From Spirochaetia bacterium (lineage in GTDB: Bacteria; Spirochaetota; Spirochaetia; SZUA-6; Bin103), in assembly GCA_965198005.1 (NCBI GenBank), contig CBDAOI010000003.1:1-64000 (forward strand): 64,000 bases of DNA, written 5' to 3'. Below the pieces are notes generated by a model that was not told the DNA's origin, searched no databases, and was given only the letters and a program-made list of their open reading frames with translations. This document shows positions 8,506 to 19,273 of this stretch, one piece after another. Made by a program: the position numbers and the translations under genes. How positions within the stretch are numbered: position 1 is the first letter of the stretch; every line of letters begins with the position of its first letter.

Positions 8506-11500
8506 TCATGGCGACGCCAGGCGTTCCTCAATCGCCTTGATTGCCGCTATCGCGGCCTTGCCGAGGACAGCATCGTTGGCATACCGTCTGAGGTCGCGCA
8601 GGTCCGTACTGTTTCCGTGTCGCTCGAGAATTCCAATGGCGAACTGTTTATCCTCCGTCTTACCGTGTTCAGAATAGTGCTGAAAGTATCCGACCTGGTT
8701 GGTCGGATCGGAAAGGAAACGGCGGCATATGTCCGCAACCGCATCGGGAAACCTGCTCACGATAGATCGTGTGACCGGCGGCCCTCCTGGCATCCGCTCC
8801 ATGTAGTATGATAGAGCCCACTCCCCGCGCCGAATCACATCAAGCGCAGCATCCGTTACGTCTTCGACCAACTCACGCACACGCGGATCGTAACCGCGGC
8901 GCTTGAGGTCTTCGCCGAGATCATGACGGTTGCACCAATAAAGGATCTCGCCGCATGCGACCAACGCCTTCGCCGCCTGACCATCCGCTACACGCCCGGC
9001 AGGCAGAGGACAACCGAGTCGCGCAAGGGCGATGTGCGCGATCACGAAGACGGCGACGCTTTCCTGAGGTGAGAAACTGTCGGTCGGCGGAAGCGCCGTC
9101 CAGCGAGAGATGCTTCGACCAGCCTCCGCATCGCCGAGCGAGGCCAAGTCGATGAGCAGTATATCTACACAGAACGCCGTATCTTCAGCTCCCCTCGATG
9201 CCATCATCAGCAGGGTCTTACGCTCGTCCTCCCGAAGCTCGGCGATCGCCTCGGAGTACGCACGCCAGCAGGGATGATCGATCCGCGCTGCGTATAGTCG
9301 GTAGGCTGAGGTGCATTGTTCGTGGTCGGTGCAGTCGGCAAGACATTCTCTGATTTCCTTGCGGACCACCGCGATGTGCTCGCGTTCGGAGTGTTCGAAA
9401 GCACCGAGGCTTCCGAGCGCCTCCACGATCGCTGTCGAGAGGAAGAGGTTTTGGGTGTGCGGAAGCGCTTCGATAGTCTCAATGAGGGCCTCCCGATCCT
9501 GGTCTTCAGACTGACTGCCCGTCCGAGCGGCGTCCATCAGGTTGAGCCGTAGATGATAGGGAGCGTGCTCCCAGTGAGACTTGATCGCACGCGCGATGGC
9601 TGGCGGCGGGATGTCGCTTCCCCGAGTCAAGCTCAGGAGTAGGTGCACTTGCCCAGCGGTCAGGCGGTTTCCAGCCAACCCAAGTTTGAGCGCTCGCTTA
9701 GTCGCTTCGCACGGAGTACGATAGATTTTCCCGTGCAGTCCCATGCAAACATGTCCAATTCCCGGTCTCACAGTACTTGGAAAGACGTACGCACTTGCAA
9801 ACAGAGCGCTGCGGATAGCAACCTTGCGGTTTCCGGATTCTTGGCGTAGACGAGACTCTTCTTGGGCGATCCTCCGGTCCAGCATGCCAATAGTATCGAG
9901 CACCTCGTCCAGGTAGTTCCCCCCTTCGACTAGCTGAGGCATCGCATTGAGGAACGCCCATTCCAGTGCCGTCCACGGTATCAACGTGGTCTCATCAAAG
10001 ACGACACTGCTTCGATCCTGATTGGAAATAAGAAAGATAGCGGCACGTGCCTCCGACCGAAGACGCTCCCATAACTCCGCGGCCCGGGCTTCTGCCCATT
10101 CCTGCGCCTTGCGGCCGCACGCACCGGAGAGACAAACCGCCACGGATACGGGATCTTCCAACCGTTCCAGAACCTTATCCAGTAGCAGATCGTCGTCAAT
10201 CGCACCAAGGATGAACGCCTTTCGGGCGGCATGCTGCGGGTGCGCGAGTGCCTTTATCACCGGCGCAGGCTCGCCAGAGGCACCTCGGATGATTTCCTCC
10301 GCCGCGAAAGCATCGAAGAACAGCTCGTGCATGAAATGGACCCGGTCTGCGCGTTGAATGAGCAAACCCGCCTGACGTACCCGCTTAGCGACCGCCTCGG
10401 GGACGGCGAACTCATCGGTAGTTCGATCGAGATCGCGCCGTGACATGCTGAATGCGACGCGATGGCAGAGTCTCCCTGCAATCAGAGAAAGCAGGCGGAT
10501 GCCTTCTCTCTCGTCGTCGCCCAATCGTTTGCGCGCGAACGCGTCGAACAAGGCATGTCTGCTACTGCCGGGATTGAGCTCCCGTCCTACTTCGCCGATC
10601 AGCTTGGCCTCCAGGCCAGTCGTAACGGCTTCGAGCAGGTGTTCCAATGTACTTGGCAGGGCGCCCCTGCCCAAAACCCTGCCCGCAATCGCGGCCTTTA
10701 TCTCCCCATCAGCCGGCGGGACGTCGATCTCGCGGAGCTCCAACAGATCGGAGCCCACCAGGAGAATTTGCGAAGTCACAAGGACACTGCCCTCGTAGTC
10801 TCGGGCCAGCGCTGCGAGTCCACGCGTAAGAGACGCCCTTTCTGAGCCCCGGCACTCGTTGTAACCGTCTACGACAAACAACAGCGGTCGGTTCAACGCT
10901 CTGGCCGCGCTGAGCACGTTCGTTGCCTTCGAACGAACCAACAGGCCTACCTCGCGGTCCACCACGGCCTTGACGCTGCCCGAATAGTCCCTGGCAGGAA
11001 TTGTAATGACGACCGCACCAGACTGGGCGAACGCGAGCCCGGCCTGCGCGGCCAACAGTGTTTTCCCACATCCGGACGGTCCTCGAATCAAAATACCGGC
11101 TCTTTGTTCGGCAACCATACGAGTCACTTCCTCGGACGCCATTGTCTGGCCGTTATATCGACATGTGAACGGGACCAACGACTCCGAGCAGGTATTGGCA
11201 CGGCAAAATGCTGTCTGGTACTGCCGAAGAAGGCCCTCGGCGGCAGACAGGGCCGGATCGCAAGCCGCGCTAACTGTGGCGACTGGGGTTAGCCCGAGGT
11301 ATTCAGCAAACGCCTTCCAACGGTTGAGCGGCCAAGCATCCTTCTGCCGCTTCCGAAGTATTGCGTCCAATCCTTCAAGGCCGAGCACCGACACCTTGAA
11401 GTCGCCCGGGTGGGCCTTCGAGCCATGCGGAATAGCGGGAACGAATACAACCACTGCTGTCGGGTACGCGATTTCCCTGCGTTCAAACGAGCGTACTGCA

Positions 11501-11820
11501 TCTCTGACCTTGAAGGCCGCATCGCGAGCCTGAAGATACGGACTCCGAAAATCCTTCCATTCGCCAGAGGCTACTTGGACTTGCCAAGGCCCGTTCTCGC
11601 TTCCTCGGATCGGTCGTGTGAAGCCCTTCGCTTCGATGACGAGAACCATGTCACTCAGCGCGACGACTACATCAATCTGGCAATCCCCGAGATTCGCATT
11701 GGCCAGGATCACAGCAGGTCGCCGATCACGTGCGAGCAGCTCGACAATCCGTTGGAGCACAGCCCGCTCCGACTCATGCTCAATCCGCGACCCAATGTAC
11801 AACTCTGCCATGTGCTGCAC
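8506..11820 (-). CDS. NERD nuclease + STAND/NACHT-like NTPase + helical C-terminus (Avs-like)
   Basis: QIDVVVA...VIEAKG...SPYLQA (NERD); Walker A GPSGCGKT; Walker B LFVVDGYNE; FMHELFFDAFAA winged-helix motif. Confidence 0.8.
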   Translation of the reverse strand: MQHMAELYIGSRIEHESERAVLQRIVELLARDRRPAVILANANLGDCQIDVVVALSDMVLVIEAKGFTRPIRGSENGPWQVQVASGEWKDFRSPYLQARDAAFKVRDAVRSFERREIAYPTAVVVFVPAIPHGSKAHPGDFKVSVLGLEGLDAILRKRQKDAWPLNRWKAFAEYLGLTPVATVSAACDPALSAAEGLLRQYQTAFCRANTCSESLVPFTCRYNGQTMASEEVTRMVAEQRAGILIRGPSGCGKTLLAAQAGLAFAQSGAVVITIPARDYSGSVKAVVDREVGLLVRSKATNVLSAARALNRPLLFVVDGYNECRGSERASLTRGLAALARDYEGSVLVTSQILLVGSDLLELREIDVPPADGEIKAAIAGRVLGRGALPSTLEHLLEAVTTGLEAKLIGEVGRELNPGSSRHALFDAFARKRLGDDEREGIRLLSLIAGRLCHRVAFSMSRRDLDRTTDEFAVPEAVAKRVRQAGLLIQRADRVHFMHELFFDAFAAEEIIRGASGEPAPVIKALAHPQHAARKAFILGAIDDDLLLDKVLERLEDPVSVAVCLSGACGRKAQEWAEARAAELWERLRSEARAAIFLISNQDRSSVVFDETTLIPWTALEWAFLNAMPQLVEGGNYLDEVLDTIGMLDRRIAQEESRLRQESGNRKVAIRSALFASAYVFPSTVRPGIGHVCMGLHGKIYRTPCEATKRALKLGLAGNRLTAGQVHLLLSLTRGSDIPPPAIARAIKSHWEHAPYHLRLNLMDAARTGSQSEDQDREALIETIEALPHTQNLFLSTAIVEALGSLGAFEHSEREHIAVVRKEIRECLADCTDHEQCTSAYRLYAARIDHPCWRAYSEAIAELREDERKTLLMMASRGAEDTAFCVDILLIDLASLGDAEAGRSISRWTALPPTDSFSPQESVAVFVIAHIALARLGCPLPAGRVADGQAAKALVACGEILYWCNRHDLGEDLKRRGYDPRVRELVEDVTDAALDVIRRGEWALSYYMERMPGGPPVTRSIVSRFPDAVADICRRFLSDPTNQVGYFQHYSEHGKTEDKQFAIGILERHGNSTDLRDLRRYANDAVLGKAAIAAIKAIEERLASP

Positions 11821-11898
11821 TACTCGGATTGGTGGACCTCGGATATGAACGTGGCGCGACCGGTTACATACCGTCTCGTGTCCAAGTTGCGTTGTGAA

Positions 11899-14800
11899 TC
11901 ACGTACCGTCGTCAGCACCCGCAACTTCCTCACTGGCCGGAGTCATCGAACGCGTCGTGATGACACCGATACGCCTAGGGAGATCAAATGCCCTTACATT
12001 GGTTACCTCCTTCGAAACGGGGAGCTTGAAGCATGAACTTGCAATCCAGGTTGTGAATTTCTCAATATCATGGTCTGGATTAAGACTCCGACTCCACTGC
12101 TCAAGCTCCGCGCACTCTTCTGGGCTAAGCTGACCCTCGGGGCCCCCGGATTGCATACGAGCAAGCGCGGACTCATATCCCTTAAGCGACAGACCGGTTG
12201 CTCTTGCCGACGCAACGGCGGTCACTCTTACGAACTCAATGCGTTTGGACAACCCGGCGTGACGCAGGTCCTCAAGAAGTGTCCCACGCTTCCGTCCACC
12301 GAGAATAGCGACTGACATCAGTAGCGGTCCGGCGATCGCCGGCGAAGCTTCGCAAGCAATCCGCATAGCCTCGGCGCTGAACTCGACGGGCTTCGCCTCA
12401 GCAATCCGATCGAAGACGGCCCATGCCGCTGCCTGGGCGCGAGGGCGATACCGTGGTGCTCTCTCCAATCCTCGACTCTCAAGGGCAGCGACCACCAACT
12501 TCGAAACGCGATTGTCGTCTCTGCACGCAAGAGCGGATATTGCGGAACAAGCAACGAAAGGATCGGGCGAGCCCTCTTCCGCCACCCGAAGCAGATTCTC
12601 GACGGCACTTGGTGGAAGCGTGTCGTAAGCTCCCAAGGCTTGAGCAGCCCTACGGGCGACGCTGAATCTCGACCAAAATGGACCGGCTGTCATCCCATAG
12701 TCACTACTGAAGTTACGTCTGTCTCCCAGCAGTCTCACTAGTTGATCAATAGCCTCAGCCCATTTGTGTTCTTGCATTAGCCGGGCAAAGGCAAGACGCA
12801 CGTCCGCACTCGGGTCGGTCGCAGCCACGACCAATCGGCTTCTCCCTTTCGAATCTCCGTTTCTGACGAGTATTTCAAGCGCATCGCGACGTACTCGGTA
12901 CCGCTTATGCTTCAGCGCCTCGTACAGAATCACAGTAGCTCGCGGGCTGCCATCAATTCGCAGCGCCTGGACGACGTTGACTCCGAGATCGGCTTCACCC
13001 GTCGATAGCAACCTCCGTGCTGCCGAATTGATGTTGAGGCCGATTGCGGCGGCAGCACATAGCAATGGTGCCGCCACGTCCGCGGAAACGCTGTTCAGGA
13101 GGGCAGACAAATGGGTTCGTGCCGGATCAGAAAGCGCTTCTGCCGATGTTCTAATCTCTTTCCTGGACATTAACGCCACGAGCAAGCGCGCTAACTCAGA
13201 AGCGCTGTCGGGAAGTCCATCGATTAGATGCTCGGCGAGGGCGGCCCTCTTTTGATCAAGACCGAGTTCGTTGTCATCATCAAATGATGCGTGCATCAGA
13301 TCGTGGACGAGCTCAAGCTGCCGCTCGGGCGAGACATGTTTCGCAGCTTCGCGTAACAGGGACACCGGATCTCTGGCATCATGACCGGCTAATGCGGCGA
13401 TCTCGATGAGAGTCCGACGTAGTTCTCGGTTGAGATCGGATTGTTCCAACTCGGCCAACAAGAGATCAGCAAGTTCAACGTGCCAGTGCTGCTTGATTAC
13501 CCGCCACACCTCGATCCGCACGCATCCTTCAGCCTCATTCAGGAGAAGCCGCAGTTTGTTTGGGTTTGGCGAACTGCAGCTCCTCTTCTCGAAGAGCTGA
13601 ACCACCGCTGAGATCAGAGACTGCCGGTGCGGATGATTGGAGATCCACGCCAGCCCCTCACGTGCAAGTCGAAGCGACGCGACGGCCTGCATCCCAGTTT
13701 GCGAGTTATAGTAGCGCTCCCCAGGCTCCTCCAAGATACGATCGGCAATCATCGCATCAACCTCGTGTTCTTCCGCCTGTCGTGCTTGTTCGGCGTACTC
13801 ACTCTCCATCCAGGCTGCTGCGTCCTCTTCGGACTTCACGAAACGCGCAATTGCCCGATCAAAGTCGGGCGATTCCCCACCACAAGCACCGGCCACAATT
13901 GCCTCGATATTCTCGCATGGACCCCCGGGATCTGCAACCGTATCCAACCCGTCCCAAAACGCGGCTTCGATATCGGGCACAAGCTCCATAAGAAACGATG
14001 AAATAGACAGGCCATAGTTCGTTCCGGTAAATGGGAGGGATTCGCGAGCGAACCGCTCAATCAGCGTCGATGTCCATGGGCTATTCCTTAGTTCGTCAAT
14101 CTCGTCATCACTGAGCTGTGGAGCACGCCACTTGCTCAGAGGAAAAGATGGTTCCGACTCCGGTTCTACGTCAACGAGAACCTGAGCCAATCGACTAGGC
14201 AGATGTGTCGGCGCTCCGAAGCGAGCAAGATCGCCGAGCGCTCGCTCGAAATTCCAGTAACTAGTTTCGGTTGCGTTCGCTACAAGATGGGCATCAAGGA
14301 GTTCCTGCGTGATAGACGCCAGTTTCAGCTCAAGTTCTTCAATCCCGGTGGTCGCTCTCAGGAGTGCAAGTGACGTCTCGATGCCCCAGTCCTCGGCCTC
14401 CGAGTCCAGAGAGGCAAGCGCATCCACAACCAGTGACAGAACGTGCTCCGCCTCCCCACGATTCGTCATGAGCGCCATGCGCAAGCCGTCCTCGACCCTC
14501 GGGTGATGGAACGAGAGTGCCGCGCCGTCTTGGCGTAGGTTGCGCCCCGCCACGAGGAAGTCGATCAGCCCGTCGACATTCGGACGCACGGACGAGTCCG
14601 CTGACCGTATCTTCCGAAGCACCTTTGGAAACACATCGCTGCCGACCGACCCTCGCGCGACGAGTAGTCCCCAGATGATCGCGGCGCCTGCAACTCTATC
14701 ATCACCCCATTGCGTGATCTGACTCGCAATGACATCAGAGATTGCGCTAATCTGCGAGCTGGTGACAATGTCACGGGCACCGCGCGGCTTGTTTCCGTCC

Positions 14801-16140
14801 TCCTGGCTAAGCATCACAAGAAAGCGATCTATTTCGTACGGTCTATCGAGCGAGCTCAAGGCCGTGTCCCGGTATGCTCGTGCCAGTGATCGGGCATGGC
14901 CGGTGAGCTCACTGGCGATCCCGTCATAGATTGATCCCAGTCGCTCCGGCCCGTAATCCTCGACCTCAATCGAGACCGTATAGTGTTCGAGTTGCTTCAC
15001 AAGGTTAACGCCAGCGCTCTTGAGGACATCAGATCTGGACGTGATGACGAACTTTTTCTCTGGACCGGCGCTGTTCAGGAGCTTCGGAAGCTCGCCGCCC
15101 CAGCGATCCGCGTCCGGCGTCAATCGATTGCCTCCCCAAGGATCTCGAAGATGAAAGAGAATCGGGCCCGTTTGCAGGAGATGTTTGCGAACGTGGGCCG
15201 GCCCGTTCTCTTCGCCAACTACACGGTAGGGTGGGTCAGAACGGCGTAACTCCACCTCGAGGATGTCTGCAGTTAACGTCTTGCCCGTCCCGGAAGGACC
15301 GCTGATCAAGACCGCGTGTACTGTATCCAACCTCTCCTTTATCCGTTCAAAGCAGTGCGGACGCACATAGTGGTCCATCGTCCTGGTCGGTGCCACCGAA
15401 CCGCCATGACGAGCAACTAGGTCGACTATTTCAGCCCGTGTCCAGCGACCACCGGCGTGACCGCGAATGCGCTTACGAACCTCATCGCGCATATCCGCCA
15501 TGCACTCCCCATGTTTGACGCTCGGAACGTGGCCGTGTCTGGACAGCATTCGACCGATCCGCGCCTCAAGGACTTCCTCAGTGACACCACTATACAACAG
15601 GATTCGCCGCGCCAATGACGCCTGCTCGCAAGCATCGAAATATCGGCCCAAGTTGGATGGAAGGTGGGTCGCTTCCGGGACTTCGAGGATGTCCCCCACC
15701 TCATGCGCGCGAAGTGAGGCCGCCATAGCTTCGTTCGTGATGAACACATACCGACGACGCTGATCAGCTCGAAGCGAATCTAACGGTCTGGTTCGCCCGC
15801 GCGGGTTATTAGCGCTCTGAGCGGTCGTGCCCGCGAGAACTGTCGCCAAGTCGGCCAGACCCCAAGGAGCGCCGGACCGAGTCTTGACTTGAACCATGAG
15901 ATCAAACCGACCGCTATCAGCGGTCAGATCGAGCACTGATTCGTCGGAGTCGTGAATAACCGCCTCCAAGTCCTCATGAGACCGCGGTTCGATGGTCAAC
16001 TCGTTCGTTATTGCCTTCGCGAAGATCAGATCGAACGCGACCCATATCGTCACCTCAATCTGGTATTCATATCCCGCATAGCCCGCGTTACCGGTTCCCC
16101 CTTGGGTTCCCCGGGCCCTTTTTCTATCGTTATCCGCCAG
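11899..16140 (-). CDS. Mrr/Cap4-like nuclease + nSTAND3-like NTPase + HEAT repeats (Avs4-like architecture)
   Basis: Frame is open upstream of 16053 to CTG 16140 and adds GYAGYEYQ; ED...VQVKT nuclease motif; GPSGTGKT; LRDPWG; ITSR; FHHPRVEDGL; HEAT-like RVRRDAL and DVRLAFARL. Confidence 0.78.
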   Translation of the reverse strand: MADNDRKRARGTQGGTGNAGYAGYEYQIEVTIWVAFDLIFAKAITNELTIEPRSHEDLEAVIHDSDESVLDLTADSGRFDLMVQVKTRSGAPWGLADLATVLAGTTAQSANNPRGRTRPLDSLRADQRRRYVFITNEAMAASLRAHEVGDILEVPEATHLPSNLGRYFDACEQASLARRILLYSGVTEEVLEARIGRMLSRHGHVPSVKHGECMADMRDEVRKRIRGHAGGRWTRAEIVDLVARHGGSVAPTRTMDHYVRPHCFERIKERLDTVHAVLISGPSGTGKTLTADILEVELRRSDPPYRVVGEENGPAHVRKHLLQTGPILFHLRDPWGGNRLTPDADRWGGELPKLLNSAGPEKKFVITSRSDVLKSAGVNLVKQLEHYTVSIEVEDYGPERLGSIYDGIASELTGHARSLARAYRDTALSSLDRPYEIDRFLVMLSQEDGNKPRGARDIVTSSQISAISDVIASQITQWGDDRVAGAAIIWGLLVARGSVGSDVFPKVLRKIRSADSSVRPNVDGLIDFLVAGRNLRQDGAALSFHHPRVEDGLRMALMTNRGEAEHVLSLVVDALASLDSEAEDWGIETSLALLRATTGIEELELKLASITQELLDAHLVANATETSYWNFERALGDLARFGAPTHLPSRLAQVLVDVEPESEPSFPLSKWRAPQLSDDEIDELRNSPWTSTLIERFARESLPFTGTNYGLSISSFLMELVPDIEAAFWDGLDTVADPGGPCENIEAIVAGACGGESPDFDRAIARFVKSEEDAAAWMESEYAEQARQAEEHEVDAMIADRILEEPGERYYNSQTGMQAVASLRLAREGLAWISNHPHRQSLISAVVQLFEKRSCSSPNPNKLRLLLNEAEGCVRIEVWRVIKQHWHVELADLLLAELEQSDLNRELRRTLIEIAALAGHDARDPVSLLREAAKHVSPERQLELVHDLMHASFDDDNELGLDQKRAALAEHLIDGLPDSASELARLLVALMSRKEIRTSAEALSDPARTHLSALLNSVSADVAAPLLCAAAAIGLNINSAARRLLSTGEADLGVNVVQALRIDGSPRATVILYEALKHKRYRVRRDALEILVRNGDSKGRSRLVVAATDPSADVRLAFARLMQEHKWAEAIDQLVRLLGDRRNFSSDYGMTAGPFWSRFSVARRAAQALGAYDTLPPSAVENLLRVAEEGSPDPFVACSAISALACRDDNRVSKLVVAALESRGLERAPRYRPRAQAAAWAVFDRIAEAKPVEFSAEAMRIACEASPAIAGPLLMSVAILGGRKRGTLLEDLRHAGLSKRIEFVRVTAVASARATGLSLKGYESALARMQSGGPEGQLSPEECAELEQWSRSLNPDHDIEKFTTWIASSCFKLPVSKEVTNVRAFDLPRRIGVITTRSMTPASEEVAGADDGT

Positions 16141-16204
16141 GACGCGTCACCTTGAGGATAAGATGGATGAACGCAAACAGGCGACCAAAGACATTAGTCG
16201 ACTT

Positions 16205-16493
16205 GTCGTCGAGGAGCTGCGGGAGCTTCCGGATCTCGTCGATGACGACCGCCAGCGGGGTGGCCGAAGCATGCAGTGGCCCTCTGCCAGCATCTCGCGC
16301 AATCGGTGACCGGTTTCCCAGCAAGCGGCAGCTCACACGCTGCTGCACAGGAGATTGACGATCGCACGTCGGTCGAATTGCGCGCGTAGCAGTGTGGTCT
16401 TGCCGGTACTCCTCGGACCAAACGGAGACAGCGACTTCCGTTTGGCGAGCTCCCTGATGTCCCACGCGTACATACGACCGAGCGTATCGACAT
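16205..16493 (-). pseudogene. AAA_14 ATPase remnant
   Basis: FGPRSTGKTTLL (Walker A) and VVIDEIRKLPQLLD (Walker B) in different frames. Confidence 0.65.
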
Positions 16494-16826
16494 AAGAGCT
16501 AGAAATCAACGGCCTTTACCCTGATTCCTCTCCGAATCCCCTAAGTCAGTGGTCCGGTCGCCGGTTCCGGCCGCTTGGAATTCGGATCCCCTCGACGTTG
16601 CGGGTGCGGCTGCCCGGCGCACGGGGGGTGGGCGGGCTGCTGCTGGAGCCCCCCGGCGGCGCCTACGTGAGCGGCTTCGGCGGATTCTCGGAATACCTGC
16701 TGGCTGGCGAATCTGACTCCGACAAGACCCTTTCGTGCAACCGCACGTATACTCGACTCAAGGAACGGCAACGAGAGCCGGGTGGGGCAATCGGCTTCCC
16801 GTCAGCGCAGTGATGAGGCCGGAGTG

Positions 16827-17089
16827 CAGCAAGGTGCGGGACCGCCGGAGCGTTCCGCAACCGCGCGGCCGGGGTCGGGGTCGAAGCCACCGGTTGGAAC
16901 TGGTCGGCTCGGCGATCTGGATTACGACGGCGGCCTCGATCTGAACACGATCAACGGCATGGTCGGCGAGGCGTTCGGCCACCTACCCGGCGGGGAGCTG
17001 CCGTCGACAGACTGGACAATGCCAGGCGGACAGGTGACGTCGCCCGACTTTCCCAGAGATGCACGACCTTCGGAGCGGGTCGAGCCGCA
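16827..17089 (+). repeat. Partial, diverged copy of the 1.25-kb FG-GAP/hicB unit
   Basis: DYDGGLDLNTINGMVGEAFGHLPGGEL joined to VTSPDFP; same order as in the arrays, with an internal deletion. Confidence 0.75.
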
Positions 17090-18019
17090 CAGATTCTTCA
17101 GCAGCAGCGCCGCGATCTCTGCCAGCGACTGGCCGCCGGGAATCGGCGTCAGGTGCTGCAGGCGTACGTTCTTGCCGCGCGCCTCCACGCCGCCCTTGTC
17201 GTGCCCCTCGCCCGGACGCGCGAAGCACGGCTCGAACAGATAATGCGAGCACAACGCCAGAAACCGCGCGCTGAGTTCTCGCTCGATCCCCAGCCTCCGT
17301 TTCACCGCCGCCTTCAGGTTGTCGTAGATGCAACGCTGCGCAACCCCGCCGAGATGCTCGAAGGCGCGCACGTGGCCGTCCGGAAAGGCAACTTGGTTGC
17401 AGCGTTCGTACAGCCACGCAAAGTCCCGCCCCGAGTACATCAGGCGCAGCACGAACAGCCACGCCTTCTGCCGCTCGCCAGCGACCTCCACGGTCACCTT
17501 GAAGAAGTCCACCTGTGCGGCGTCCCCGGCGCGCCACACCAGCGGTAGGTACACCTCCTGGCGCGCGCGCCGCTTCTCGGCCAGATAGGCGCGCACCGTC
17601 GTGCTGCCTACCAGGTGGCCTTCCCCCACCAACTGCTTGTGCACCAGCGTCCCGGTGATGCGCTGCTTCGGCGTCGTCCGGCGCCCCCACTCCTGCAGTA
17701 TCTCGTCCATCCGCTCGCGTACCTCGTCCAGCACCGGCTGCGTGCGCTTGCCTGCCTCCCGCCGCCGTGGCTCGCCGTCGGCGTCCACGTACTTGCGCAC
17801 CGTGTTCCGGCTCACCCCCAGATCACGGGCGATCTGTCGGATCGACAGTCCCTCATGGTGCCACTTGTGTTTGATAACGTATGCAAGATCCATCCCCAGC
17901 ATCCTTCCCTCCGGTCAGCTTGATGTTTGAGCAACACCAAACTACCAGCCGGAGGCTGACTGCCGGGGGTGGGTCAATTTCTAACCGGCAAATGGCTCAC
18001 TTTCCGAGCGGCGCGTGCA
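17090..18019 (-). mobile_element. istA: IS21-family element: left end plus 3'-truncated istA (start ~17902)
   Basis: LSIRQIARDLGVSRNTVRKY, AQVDF, YDNLKAAV, DKGGVE; end reads TG on the minus strand at 18019, with internal repeats. Confidence 0.88.
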
Positions 18020-18508
18020 ACCCTCGATCCCGCAGGCGTCTCCCACCGGTCCGGGTATCTTCTGCCCGGTCGCAACTCCAACCTTCCCGCGCTCGCTCCG
18101 ATGCGCGCACCTCCACTGCCGTGCGCTACCCTCCCGACGGCGTGGGTGTCTCCGTCCTGCGCGTGGGTTCTCGGGCGCGTGCACGGTGTGCCACGGCCGT
18201 CCGCCGGGTCACGGGCCGATCCGGAGGACGCCGATCAAGTCGCGATGAGGGTGATGCGGGCCGTGGCAGGGGGGTGTCCGGATACCACCTCGCCGGTGGA
18301 CGGCGCTCTCAGGCCGCCTCTCGTGCGAGTTTTCTCCGGGTGCCGGCCCGCTGGGCTGCCCGGCACCCGCAGAATCGCCAAAACCGTGGATTTCACCCTC
18401 GATCCCGCAGGCGTCTCCCACCGGTCCGGGTATCTTCTGCACGGTCGCAGCTCCAACCTTGCCGCGCTCGCTCCGATGCGCGCACCTCCACTGCCGTGCG
18501 CTACCCTC
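18020..18508 (+). repeat. 114-bp direct repeat pair (18020-18133; 18395-18508)
   Basis: ACCCTCGATCCCGCAGGCGTCTCCCACC...GCGCTACCCTC occurs twice with few mismatches. Confidence 0.85.
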
Positions 18509-18711
18509 TCCGCCGCCACGCAGCGGCTCGTCCCGCGCGGATTCTCCCCGGCGTGTGCTGCACTGCTTGGATTCGATCTACACACGCACGCTACCAGACG
18601 ACAATCGCCGATCGCTGTTTATCTCCCAATGACGACAGACCGCAGTCCCCGAACGAGAGGTCAGGGTTGACTCAATACTCGCCCGGTAGTACAACCTGAA
18701 CGACCAGCCGG

Positions 18712-18765
18712 GAAGGGGGGTCCCTTTGGATGCCGACCTGGGGTCACTTTGCCTGCCGATTCACA
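18712..18765. mobile_element. Isolated IS21-type end
   Basis: GGGGTCCCTTTGGATGCCGACCT-GGGGTCACTTTGCCTGCCGATTCACA; same repeat type as 32737-32863, ending in CA. Confidence 0.65.
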
Positions 18766-18900
18766 AGCAGCTCCAGGGCGCGGATTGCCGGGAATCTCAT
18801 GGAAGGCCGACAAGTCTCCGCATCGTCACGCCTCTCCGAGCACCGAGGCAACGATGCCAGAATATCACCTCAAGACCACAGGTCGTGGACAAGGTGCGAC

Positions 18901-18956
18901 ACCCCTTGCGGTTTCGACCGCAGGGCGCGGGGCCTCTTCGGGGGCCCTTGCTTTTT
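18901..18956 (+). ncRNA. Tandem UUCG-loop hairpins immediately upstream of the NYN gene (candidate small RNA or attenuator)
   Basis: GCGGT-TTCG-ACCGC and GGGCCTC-TTCG-GGGGCCC, followed by TTGCTTTTT. Confidence 0.4.
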
Positions 18957-18969
18957 CCGGCCGGCAGCG

Positions 18970-19160
18970 ATGCGCCCTTCGTCCATGTGGACGGGTTCAA
19001 TCTCTACTACGGTGCCCTCAAGGGCACCCCCTGGAAATGGCTCGACCTGCATGCCCTGTTCGCGAAGGTCCTCCAGCCCCATCACGATACAGATCGTGCG
19101 GGCCGAGGAGAAGCGCTCGGACGTCAATCTCGCGGTGCATCTGCTCAATGACGGCTGCGA
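18970..19160 (+). pseudogene. NYN (LabA/DUF88 PIN-like) nuclease, internally deleted
   Basis: VDGFNLYYGALKGTPWKWLDL joined out of frame to EEKRSDVNLAVHLLND. Confidence 0.8.
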
Positions 19161-19273
19161 AGGCGCAGGTGAAACAGTAGAAGCCGGACGGGTCTTGGAT
19201 TGCAGTACCGCGACCGGGCGATCCTTGAAGGGAAGCGGCGGACGGGAACGTTGCGGGACTGCAGGGGAGCAAA

